From Hormiphora californensis (taxonomy: Eukaryota > Animalia > Ctenophora), in assembly GCA_020137815.1 (NCBI GenBank), contig CM035361.1, positions 2,046,001 to 2,110,000 of the forward strand: DNA of 64,000 bases. Direction: 5' to 3'. Under the pieces are notes generated by a model that was not told the DNA's origin, did no database searches, and saw only the letters and a program-made list of their open reading frames with translations. The position numbers were made by a program, and so were the translations under genes. Positions 10,601 through 39,438 of the stretch are shown here, piece by piece (position 1 is the first letter of the stretch; every line of letters starts with the position of its first letter).

Positions 10601-13299
10601 ATAGTGAGCCAACTTCTTTCTTTTTTTGCCAAAAACACACCCATGGGCCATGCTCATTGCTCAACTAAACTACCAGACCAGAACACCAAATTAGGAAGTA
10701 GCTTACCAGTTAACAAGTTTTGATATATCTCCCTTCGTTTCAGACGCAACTAAAGGGAGAGAACCCCCTGAGACCGGGATATTATATTTGTGTTGATAAA
10801 GAGAGTCAATCAGTTTTACTGGTAATACGAGGCACACTGACACTTTCAGGTAGTGTGATGGAGAGATCATCTTTTTACCTTCCATAATATGTCCTGCTTT
10901 TGAATCTTTTGACTGTTCTTTTTATGGTAAAAGCAAGGCAAGTCAACTCGAATAACTCCATCTATATCACAGTGCCGTTTCAATGACATTGATTTTTGGC
11001 AACATCCCATCTCTCCCTCTAGCTCTCTCAGCTCCAGATAGTCTAATAGATATAAAATCCCATCTCCCCTCTTCCCATGTGTTCCCATTCTTCATCTCCC
11101 CTCCCCTCCCCCCAGACAGTCTAACTGATATTACCTCCCATTCCCCCTCCCTCTCCAGATAGTCTAACAGATATTACCTCCCATTCCCCCTCCCTCTCCA
11201 GATAGTCTAACAGATATTACCTCCCATTCCCCCTCCCTCTCCAGATAGTCTAACAGATATTACCTCCCATTCCCCCTCCCCCAGATAGTCTAACAGATAT
11301 TACCTCCCATTCCCCCTCCCCCCAGATAGTCTAACTGATATTACCTGTCTATCTACTGAATTCCTGGGCGGGTTTGCTCATCACGGTATCAGTGCTAGTG
11401 CAGTGGCCCCAGTGCGAACATTGTACGAATTCTCGAATTTAGTTCGTTGCAAATTTTACCAAAAAGAAACACAAAAATTGCATTTCTTCATCTGTCCAGC
11501 ATGCCAGGGGGCCACATAGGCACCTAGCACTTGGTGGACCGTCTTGGACTAACCGGGGTAGAGCCCATGTATGGGGGTTACCAACTGTAATGTCACACGG
11601 TACACGCGGAGATATCTAGCTCAAGTTAATACCAGGACACTTTTTTGTAATTCCAGAATAGAAACTTTCCTTGTGTTTCAGTTGACGCGCACGCATATTC
11701 AACTATTTATGATTACTAATGAAGCCCAATATACCCAGCAAGGACATGCACGGGCCATATTAATTGAGTACTTGGTATTATGAAGTATGAAATTTTACAC
11801 AAACATTCTCTTGAGAGAGAATTCTTCTTTATTCGTAGCACATGATAGTTCAAACTCGGTTGCAACAGAATTCTTCTCCCCCTGAACTCCACTCAACTCG
11901 ATTTCTGCAACAAGTTGCTATAGCAACTTGTTGCCATATATGGTTACTGCGTCAAATCGTGAACTGTGTACACACAGTAGTATATATTTATGTGAATTGT
12001 CAATTTTACAATCCCTCCGTGGTCGCACGGTCTAACAATATGACACTAATTCGAGTACCCGACATCATCATGGGTTCGAATCTCTGTGTCGACAAATTTT
12101 TTCAGAAATTTATATATTTTTGATTCGTTTTCTAACTTTCTTGATCTTGTGCGACAGAACTGTAACAAGTAATAATTGAAACGTTGATTGGACAATAAAA
12201 CGAACCCCTCTAAATGGCAATTTTGACAAAAAATCGTTGACGCATAAATTTGACGAAAAATTCAGATTCGTTGCAGATTTTTACAATGTTCGCACTGGGG
12301 CAGTGGCTATATTTAGGGAGACAAAGGGAATTCTGGAGAGGTTACTAGAAGAACATAATGGGTGAGAAAATGTCATTTTTTGTTCGAAAATTCAAAATTG
12401 TACCTATCCCCCCCCCCCATTTCTCCTCCCTTAGTAGTTTGTACTAACACTAAACACCCAGGTACTGGTTAGTGTACTAACACTAAACTCCTAGGTACCG
12501 GTTAGTGATAACAGGTCATAGTCTAGGTGGTGGCACAGCCTCTCTTCTCACTCTCTATCTAGCACATCATAGAGCAGATCTACCTGAATATCTAGCTAAA
12601 TGTGATCTGAAGTGTTTCGCTTTTGCACCACCCCCAGTTTACAAACCAGGTATGGGATAAATCATTGGAATTTGGAGTTTACATATATGACTGTTAATGC
12701 TCAAACTGAGTCTCTCCCTCCCTCTCTTTCTCTCTCTTTCCCTCCATCTAGTTCAGACTCAGGAATCTCACAACCCCGTATTTTATCTAAATCAATAAGT
12801 TGACCAATCGGCTGTTTTTGAGCAAGTGTTTTATTATCTAGGTGAAGGTGAACAGTTGGATACGAGTGGTATTGTAACAGTTGTGACTGCCCAGGACATT
12901 GTACCACGGGCATCCATGGCTAACACCTTCTCTCTTCTTATGCAGGTACATTGGTACTAGATAATATTAATATAAGGGGGGATAGGTGGACGCGAGTTCG
13001 CTATTTTGTGTCTGCTGACATAATGCAGTGTTGATACTTGCCAATCTTGAGTTGGGGATGAATTGGTGCTGGTTGAGATTGAATTTTGGAACTTTCAAAA
13101 CAATAATAAATCACCCTCCCTCCAGTTACAATATACAGAGAACCTTCCTCTGTCTCTGTGGGAGCGGTGTGCTCTGATTATAGACAAAGATTCCAGTAAA
13201 CTTAGGGAGTTGTACAGTGGTATGGATAAAATGTTGGTGGAAAAACGGGGTGACCAGGTATTGCAGTCTGAAACTCTTTCTATCTTTCTCTTTCTATCT

Positions 13300-13350
<51 letters not shown>

Positions 13351-13364
13351 TCTCTCTCTCTCTG

Positions 13365-13410
<46 letters not shown>

Positions 13411-13890
13411 CTTCATCTAGGAGTTTACGATGCTCTCCCACATTGGTCGGGTGCTATGGATTGATAGGGGGAAGGATGAGGAAGGACAAGACATCCCACT
13501 ACTTCTCCGGCCTAGTAAGTAGAGGCGATATTTGGAGAAGCATATTAATTGTTGGTAACCGGATCTTCTTACCACCCCCTGTTGGTATGGAGTTTCTTTA
13601 TTTCGCTCGTGGTACAATAACTAATACGTGTACACATCACCTAACTCGAGTGTCGAGGAGTAGAAGAGGAAGTTGAAAGTTTTAAAATTAACAAGACGTA
13701 ATTGTTCTGACGATTGTGTAAAAACATGAAACTTGAGTAAACAAATCTTGTATTACTTTGTAACTCGAGTGTCAATATTTCAGCTAATACAGAATGGGAG
13801 ACGCTCTATTTCGGACCTCGATTCATTGCTGACCACTGGCCCCACGAGTACCAAAAGAATCTGAAACTGTTTGCCAGTCACTTATTGTAA
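4670..13890 (+). CDS. Class-3 lipase (diacylglycerol-lipase-like), ~11 exons; one exon interrupted by a TIR element, one apparent +1 indel near 9929
   Basis: Exons at ~4670-4762, 9839-9956, 10350-10489, 10744-10849 ([26 protein letters not shown]), 11326-11407 plus 12308-12360 (DSLTD...GFAHHG), 12494-12649 ([12 protein letters not shown]...CFAFAPP), ~12759-12799, ~12881-12945 (QDIVPR), 13126-13257, 13421-13514 and 13784-13890 (ADHWPHEY). The Ser-Asp-His triad motifs are complete. Confidence 0.88.
5181..8159 (-). CDS. LINE ORF2: AP endonuclease plus reverse transcriptase (992 aa, intact)
   Basis: APE motifs: TLNVHSL, VQETY, MGDFN, TLDLV, SDH. RT motifs: [35 protein letters not shown]. The L2-type C-terminal motif ISRLDYCN is present. 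Confidence 0.97.
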   Translation of the reverse strand: MGGSEDEKVWRIGTLNVHSLMNKTAGILDHLEDNQCDICLVQETYLKNSDTAKVQEIREYGWNIYSSPRAERAGGGIGVLYRDGVKVRLSPTRNAFKSFQVQEVLVGSGEGMVRLCNIYRPPYTGKARFTAASFLEEFVDYLSELNLRTGSPVLMGDFNFQVQDLSDFYAEKFLKLLDSFGLEQLTPCQPTHIRGGTLDLVICQSDLKAKFGSVEILRNGTESDHYMVLCELVIHTEAVDFRSRRQVEMYRDFKSVDPELFRQALRNLGLDDLLVADSPEENFRIYEKVLGDLVSRTVELKKRRKGKKFKPWREDDSVKEALRLRRRAERAWMKNKTPIRKAQLNDLKRQFGKVDKNARLGYNKKDLEESKDDPKGLQRKVNRLLGKAESMLPEAGCDKKLAEDFAEFFSGKVDKIRTSVRVEQVDLEDGESTETLPECKLAQFEEVSVEYIKGLIKDMPDKSCDLDIIPTWLVKRCIHEFAPWITALVNGSIVSSTVPDSFQQALVFPTIKNAQGDRDSLQNYRPVSNLLFISKVLEKVVLDQLTCYLEDNSLLNKNQSGYRVGHSCETLLTGMFEDLLEEMDRGNVMALLLLDMSAAFDTVDHTMLVQVLNSRFGICGAALSWFESYLGSRSYRVNVRGNLSGIVKLVCGVPQGSLLGPVLFLMYVEELQDLVERYGLKIKLYADDSQLYMSLVPQDGEGWLQVKENAENCLKEVKSWMVKHWLRCNEAKTELLLLGKNGALEKLAYEPSLVFGDTEIFPVDFRGTTGKTLGVYLDSQLTMERQVNSVKRQCGMILRNLWQVNRCLDHSMRILLVKQLVISRLDYCNILYYGLPKKYISLLQKTLHSCVRFVYGLHGHQDDYTPYLKEMHVLPIEQRIVFKACLTAYKIVHRTAPEYLTDRVPVCDEVDSLRLTRATAIPDEFRLRFPKLSSVNASSKLRRRRPSVYLPSLWNDLPLDMRSIQLVDSFKTRLKTRLFMEAFGSSEGVSTP
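8114..8980 (-). CDS. LINE ORF1 (gag-like, three Cys/His knuckles), 5' part degraded
   Basis: Motifs CFHCQRYGH...[14 protein letters not shown] and CVNC...HPASSNLC. The frame stays open upstream of 8809 to ~8980 and overlaps the ORF2 start by 46 nt. Confidence 0.88.
   Translation of the reverse strand, partial: KRYVNIKDKEDNETPICEKKWADFLKPQVETALKDIPVLDTSVNKRHTQLFFATENDMMEAEKALSPLFDVTTVVEKEKKKDPRLMINDLDNDLLNKEALMAAILSEKNDTVKQLHESGHTIKVVHVNQAGKYAVIQVPPEVRKAISDNRDRIFLKLKQHTVRNRFYVTQCFHCQRYGHVAGSVYCPNRDKSPICAFCSGDHDTRQCHSRKNNDGGKMKCVNCDVGGSKEDKKFAKTHPASSNLCPFYVNARGRLMDSTNGVTKDQKNLYLTRAWEDLKMKRYGGLAR
9726..9801. mobile_element. Tc1/mariner-pogo-type MITE
   Basis: TA|cagccggaccccgattta...taaattaggggtttgactg|TA. 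A related copy lies at 47106. Confidence 0.7.
11095..11345 (+). repeat. ~42-bp tandem array made of the 3' splice site plus the first ~20 nt of the lipase exon (6 units)
   Basis: Unit tcccattccccctccctctcCAGATAGTCTAACAGATATTACC. The last unit continues into the coding exon. Confidence 0.92.
11408..12299. mobile_element. 892-bp non-autonomous TIR transposon with 8-bp TSD, inserted in a coding exon
   Basis: TIRs cccagtgcgaacattgta / tacaatgttcgcactggg. TSD gcagtggc at 11400-11407 and 12300-12307. The reading frame is restored on removal ([24 protein letters not shown]). Confidence 0.93.
13277..13406. repeat. (CT)n microsatellite
   Basis: Directly visible. Confidence 0.97.
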
Positions 13891-14581
13891 AGATGTTATC
13901 CTTGTGTGTTGTAAATTATTTTGTGTGATTTTAGATCTAGAAATTGAATTGTGAAATTTGCGAAACTAGAAGTATGATTTTAGTGTTAGATATTACTGCT
14001 AGACAAAGGGCTAGGTATTTGTGAAAGATTTACTATTATTTAACAGCGGTTTAGTAGCATTTCGAAGATCTAACATTGTTATTGTACGGTTTGATACTGT
14101 CATAGAATGCTGTCCTGATTCCCTAGTTACAAATATTTGTGGAGTTTGAAATCTGAAAACTAACAAGAGGTGGTCGGTGAAAACGGGATAACAATTTTGG
14201 ACAATACTACCTATCTTTATGTGTTATGTGTATTTTGTACTGTGTACAGTTGTCTGTTTTTCATCTATACTACTAATTATACCTAACTCGCACCAGGGCC
14301 CCAATCTGTGGCCCTATTCAGCCTGAGAAAGGGTCTTGTGTGTGTCTGATTATATTTACCTTGGTGTTGCAAAATGCTGCAAATGTAAAATACAGTGGTG
14401 CTCAGTTGTATATTGGCCGCCCGTAAAGCGCCACCCACGACGCGGCCCACGACCTCAGACTCGCAAAAAAGCAATCAATGTAAGCAGACTGCGTCTTAGA
14501 CTGCGTCGTAGGCAACGATTTATATGTGGGCGGCCAATATGACGGAGCACCACTTGCACTGATGTTGCAAACTGTTGCAAA

Positions 14582-15068
14582 CCTACAGTTACCATGGTTA
14601 CAACATGTTCCTACAGTTACCATGGTTACAACATGTTCCTATAGTTACCATGGTTACAACATGTTCCTACAGTTACCATGGTTACAACATGTTCTTACAG
14701 TTACCATGGTTACAACATGTTCCTACAGTTACCATGGTTACAACATGTTCCCACAGTTACCATGGTTACAACATGTTCCCACAGTTACCATGGTTACATG
14801 TTCCCACAGTTACCATGGTTACAACATGTTCCCACAGTTACCATGGTTACAACATGTTCCTACAGTTACCATGGTTACAACATGTCCCTACAGTTACCAT
14901 GGTTACAACATGTTCCTATAGTTACCATGGTTACAACATGTCCCTGCAGTTACCATGGTTACAACATGTTCCTATAGTTACCATGGTTACAACATGTTCC
15001 TATAGTTACCATGGTTACAACATGTTCCTATAGTTACCATGGTTACAACATGTTCCCACAGTTACATG
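14582..15068. repeat. 29-bp minisatellite (~16-17 units)
   Basis: Unit cagttaccatggttacaacatgttcctac with few variants. Confidence 0.97.
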
Positions 15069-15791
15069 TTTCTGTGAAGTATATTATTTCTGATCCGTGT
15101 GTGTTAAATATTTTATTTAAAACGATTTTAAAGAATGTGCCCTTGTTTAATTCTTCCTAGATCACCTCTTATATCTTATCTCCCTGAAAACCAAAGATCT
15201 CTCTCACTGTCTTTCTCCCTTCCTCTCCGGTCTCCCTGATCCCTCCCCCTCCCCTCCCTCCTTCATCCCCACTTTTCTATAGCTCTCCCTTCGTCCCCCA
15301 GGCCCCACCCTCTCTCCCCTTCTATCCCTCTCTATCCCTCCTTCATCCCCACTTTTCTATAGCTAGGGAGGTGTTTCCAGTGTTGATCTGATAGTGGGTT
15401 CAGTGACCTCAGTGGGGCCGTGGACGAATTACAGGGCTCACTGCGGAGGAGAGGAGGACCTCAACCATCTCTTAGCTCTAGCTCACCAGGTAGGAGGCCC
15501 TCAAGTTCCGCTATCTAGCTCACCAGGTTCATAATGCATCTACCATTTGGACAAACAAATAGTTTTCATCTCGATCATTAGTAGAAAATATTTATTCCCT
15601 CACCTCTGCTTTTATACAAGTATGGGCATCTCATTATGTTACAACTCTATTTACCCCCTAATTACTCTAATTACCCCCTAATTACCCCCTAACCACTACC
15701 CTAGCTCCCTCCCCCAGGTACATTCTCTGTCCCTACCATAGTCCCACCACCTCCAACTTCAACAGCAGCCAGGCCAATAGCCCACCATGAG

Positions 15792-18055
<2,264 letters not shown>

Positions 18056-18700
18056 AGGGGGAGAGATAGACGTGTCTTTTTGTCAGCTGGAGAATTAGAC
18101 AGATATGAATGGGATGATTCAAATTCAGTAATGATAGGGATATATACAGATGAACTCTAACGTGTAGATAGTTTTTAGTTTTAACTCGAGTCTTTCCTAA
18201 ATACATATCGCTCATTTCGTTTTTCTCTCCAGAATAACTTTTCCTTTTCAGTAAAACATTGTAACATTGTAAGATGTAACATGTTAATTATCATTCTAAA
18301 GTAGTATGTAACATGTCATCCTAAAATATGTAACATTTTTGATTCACATTTTCATCTTGCATGAAATGAGTGGGATAATATAATGAGAGAAAGAGAGGAA
18401 ACATTGTTTTTGTTTGTTGAATGTGTGTTGAATCGATTTTACCAACCAGCCCCTAGCTCAAACACTGAATATACAGAGTTTTATTGCCAAATTAAATCAC
18501 TTCTCTAGCCTCTATCCGATTATATCTCTGATTATATAATCTTCTAAAAGTCCCATTTTATCCCCTTATATAAAATAATTTTTCACCTAACAATCACCCT
18601 TTTATAGCAATGTAGCTACTGGGACTCGGGATTCCTCAAATTCCTCCCTACGAGATCGCAAAACCTTTTTTAATTAATTAGTCAATTAATTAATTAATTG

Positions 18701-35056
<16,356 letters not shown>

Positions 35057-35734
35057 AGTTATGTTATATCAGGGTTAGAAGTAGAGCTGGGTTAGTGTAG
35101 AGGGTAGGAACATTATTATAAGCTTGTTTTGCTGCTGAAGTATGACGTGTTCTCAGAGAGTTGTTATTTTCGGGTGTAGCTCTTTTTCACGTCCCGATTA
35201 ATACTCTTTTTTGTTTTTTTTTGCCGTAAAAATGGTACATTTCTGCACTGATCATAAACAGTGAGTTTCCCATTGTTAAGTTATAAAACGAGTCTAGTCG
35301 ATGAAGTTTGATCCCTTTTTCTCCAATGGTCAGATCACATTTCTAAAAAGCTAAAAAGTAAATTATTTTCTGCCGATCACCTACTACGTGTTATCATGGG
35401 ACTATTTACTGGGACACTTTAGTTGTTAGAATTTCATATGATCTGGGGCTGAGCGTGTGTGTATGTAAAATATATTCGTATTTGTCCGTGATGTGTGATC
35501 TACCGTTTGTTTTCTAATGTCCCCAGAGAGATCTGAGTTTTACTGACTTGATAGGTAGAAAGTGGAATCCTTTGGCATGCCCAATAATCCCATAATACTA
35601 CCCCCTGCCCCATACTTGACAGTTGATCCCCCAGCCCCCCATTATACTAACCCCGATTATTTAACCAACCTGTATATTCCTGAGATATATGTAACACAAG
35701 TGTGTCCCATGTCGCTATCTGAACCAAACACGTG

Positions 35735-38362
35735 ATGTCGATATCTGAGTCAACAGTGGAGGGCAACCTGACAGAACAAGAGAATGAGAAAGAACTCCTG
35801 TCAGCAATGTTCGAATCGGATATCCTATCGATAGAGGATAGTGTTATAACAGTGATCATCCAAACACAACACCACACGCTGGCACTGAGGACATTGTATC
35901 ATGAGCAGTATCCAAGTGATTCAGCTCCCATTTTGGCAATTCTTGATCCTAATAATCAGGGGGCAGTCAAGTTGAGTGAGACAGAGGACCACTGCGAGGT
36001 TAGTTACAGGGGCTATCACATATCCCTTCCTTCCCTGCCTGGCGCCGCGACTCCATCTGGGGGTCTGGCGCCGCCAGACAGTTCCTTCCCAACTATTCGT
36101 TTCTTTATCTCATACCTTTACCCCGTTTTCCCACCGCAACCACCATTCCCAATATTCCCAGGCCATGTTTGTGAAGGGAAAATGTGTCTTCAATAACCCC
36201 CTCCAAACCTCACTTATCACTAACCCCCTCTAAACCCCTCCAAACCTCACTTATATCACTAACCCCCTCTAAACCCCTCCAAACCTCACTTATATCACTA
36301 ACACCCTCTAAACCCCTCCAAACCTCACTTATCACTAACCCCCTCCAAACCCCTCCAAACCTCACTTATATCACTAACCCCCTCTAAACCCCTCCAAACC
36401 TCACTTATATCACTAAACCCCTCTAAACCCCTCCAAACCTCACTTATATCACTAACCCCCTCTAAACCCCTCCAAACCTCACTTATCACTAACCCCCTCT
36501 AAACCCCTCCAAACCTCACTTATATCACTAACCCCCTCTAAACCCCTCCAAACCTCACTTATATCACTAACACCCTCTAAACCCCTCCAAACCTCACTTA
36601 TCACTAACCCCCTCCAAACCCCTCCAAACCTCACTTATATCACTAACCCCCTCTAAACCCCTCCAAACCTCACTTATATCACTAAACCCCTCTAAACCCC
36701 TCCAAACCTCACTTATATCACTAACCCCCTCTAAACCCCTCCAAACCTCACTTATCACTAACCCCCTCCAAACCCCTCCAAACCTCACTTATATCACTAA
36801 CCCCCTCTAAACCCCTCCAAACCTCACTTATATCACTAAACCCCTCTAAACCCCTCCAAACCTCACTTATATCACTAACCCCCTCTAAACCCCTCCAAAC
36901 CTCACTTATCACTAACCCCCTCCAAACCCCTCCAAACCTCACTTATATCACTAACCCCCTCTAAACCCCTCCAAACCTCACTTATATCACTAACCCCCTC
37001 TAAACCCCTCCAAACCTCACTTATATCACTAACCCTCAGGCGATGTTTGTGAAGGGGGAATGTGTCCTGTACACCTGGATTCTCTACCTGCAAGACACCC
37101 TGGAGGGCCTTGACAAGAAGATAGAGGAGAGGATCGCTAGTGAAGATAAGAAGATAGAGGAGAGGATTGGAGATCAGAAGATAGAAGATGGAGATGAACA
37201 GCAGGAGCAGGAAGATTTGGGTGATTTGGAACTTGCTGAGGCATTGCAGGTAACTTTTATTTGACTCGACAACTCTTTTTCAGAATAATAACAAAATATA
37301 TCACCTTTATATGTCGATCAAGTTTTCTCCGTTTTCCCCGTACCAACTCCCTTCCTCAGGATATTCAATTGGAGGAAGCCTTCTCGATTGATGAACTAAC
37401 TAAAGATTTCACCTACACCCCTGCTACCTCGGATGAGTCTTATGAGATATACACGGGGGAGGTCCTGTTAGAGAGAAAGAGTTATTTCCAGGCACACGTC
37501 TGCAGGTATGAATTGGGTTTTTTTTGTAAATAGCAGACTTTTTATCCCTTCTTGTGTAAAAAACCCGTAGAAAGAAATGGTTCAGACTATACAAATGAAC
37601 AATGACTGGCTTATAACCACCTTATTTCCAGGATCCACAGTAGAGCCGATGTCTCCGGAGTTCTGGGGATGTTGCTACAGAACCCAAAAATTGCCGCCGC
37701 CAGTCATAACATCCTCGCATACAGGTATATTTTTGAGAAAACGAGCGATTAGTCGGTCTTGTCCCTTTCTGTTTGTCCTGTTTTTCTGTTCAGCTCACGC
37801 GCTCTCCCTCTGTCTCCATCTATGTTTGTGTTCCACATGTTTATTTATTTCAAATCAGATTCCCTCCCAACCAGGTATTCTGATGATCTCTCCCTCTCTT
37901 TCTATATCTCTCTCTCTCTCTCTCTTCTAGCATTCTCTCTCTCTCCCAACCAGGTATTCTGATGAGAATGGCAAGTCAAATGAAGATTACGAGGATGATG
38001 GAGAGACAAAGGCAGGAGGAAGGTTGTTAGAGTTACTGCAGTTAATGGGCGTTCAGAACTTGCTAGTCGTTGTTAGCAGGTAATTTATATCGGGAAATCA
38101 TTTTCTAAATTATCTGATAGCTCTGAAGTTCCCCGACACCACCATCTCAGCACTGTAGGCAATTTCTCACAAAAACAGTTCTCATAAAAATAATCTAATA
38201 AGAACACTCCCTCCCTCCAGGTGGTACGGTGGAGTTCTGCTCGGTCCATCACGGTTCAAGTGTATCAACAACATCGCTAGGGATACGGTAGTGGCTTCTG
38301 GACTTCACACTGTACACGATCCCAATAAGGGGGGAAAAGGAAAAAAGAAGAAAGGGAAATGA
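35735..38362 (+). CDS. IMPACT: IMPACT (RWD plus UPF0029/ancient domain), 6 exons
   Basis: RWD domain: EQENEKELLSAMF...YPSDSAP...GECVLYTWI. Ancient domain: ERKSYFQAH, KIAAASHNILAYR, DYEDDGETKAGGRLLELLQLM..QNLLVVVSRWYGGVLLGPSRFKCINNIAR. Confidence 0.96.
36035..36081. mobile_element. 47-bp mini-MITE with 8-bp TSD
   Basis: ttccttcc|ctgcctggcg...cgccagacag|ttccttcc. A relative lies at 51840-51910. Confidence 0.75.
36193..37035 (+). repeat. 37/39-bp intronic minisatellite (~22 units) containing CACTAAC
   Basis: Unit ccccctctaaacccctccaaacctcacttatatcactaa, with higher-order periodicity of ~154 bp. Confidence 0.97.
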
Positions 38363-38869
38363 GAAATAGTTGGACTCATTTAGTAGAGTAGTTTAGAGTA
38401 ACTTGCAGAAGTTTAGAGTAGTGTGGCGTGTTTGAGTGATAAGAGAATGGGTCAGCGTGATTCCTGACAAATGGACATTGAAATGACAATCCTGTAGTTT
38501 TATTGATTTTTTAGTTATCACACCTTAGTAATAGAAACGTATTTATTAATGATGGCATAGAAGCAATATTTATATTACAGGGACGTGTTTTTAATCATTA
38601 TTTTGGGTTTTTGATTCTTGGTGGTTTGTAGTTTCTAATTTATTTCCACTTTTGTTATGTTGCGTGTTTCGATCTTTGTCAACTGTCATACGGGGTGTCC
38701 CAATATATCTTGATACCAGGCATTGGTAAACTGACATGTTGCCTACGGAACGTTTGAGGGCACATTGCGGAAATGCTTGGTAACAAATTACCCCTACCTC
38801 TGTCAGAGCATTGGCCTGTCAACCCTACCTTGCGGGCACGCTAAAACGAGGGATAATTTTGTTACCAAC

Positions 38870-39142
38870 GGAAATGTATCCTCAAGATGTCCACAACGTA
38901 TCCTCAAGATGTTCACAACGTGTCCTCAATGTGTCCTTAGTGTGTCCTCAGTGTGTCCACAATGTGTCCTCAATGTGTCCTCAATGTGTCCTCAATGTGT
39001 CCTCAATGTATCATCAATGTGTCCTCAATGTGTCCTCAATGTGTCCTCAGCATGTGTCATCAATGTGTCCTCAGTGTGTCCACAATGTGTCCACAATGTG
39101 TCCTCAATGTGTCCTCAGTGTGTCCTCAATGTGTCCTCAGTG
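38870..39142. repeat. 11-bp tandem repeat (aatgtgtcctc)
   Basis: Directly visible, ~24 units. Confidence 0.93.
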
Positions 39143-39189
39143 CCAGATGAAACAATATGAGGGTTTGATGGTTAAATGTTGGGGATACC

Positions 39190-39275
39190 TTGGTGACATT
39201 GACACCTAGTGCGAGCGAGATCGAGGTTGCGCAGCGACCGAGATCGAGCTCCGAGACAGGTAGCAATGGTACCAA
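39190..39275. mobile_element. 86-bp Mutator-like MITE (degenerate)
   Basis: ttggtgacattgacacc...ggtagcaatggtaccaa, with flanks ggggatacc/ggggatccc (9 bp, 1 mismatch). Confidence 0.75.
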
Positions 39276-39438
39276 GGGGATCCCCAGTTAAGAATTACAA
39301 ACAGTCTAATTATTGTCTGTCAAAGTTATAAATCTGTCGAACAAACTGTCAAATAAACGTTCCCTAAAACCTTTATTTGACATGATACATAGCCCTAACA
39401 ACCCCAAGGCCCAAAACAACTGAAAACAGAAAACTTAC

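Noticed and set aside
14582-15068. 29-bp partly palindromic repeats as a CRISPR array
   Set aside because: The units are head-to-tail with no unique spacers, there are no cas genes, and the context is eukaryotic. The same applies to 36193-37035 and 41563-41783.
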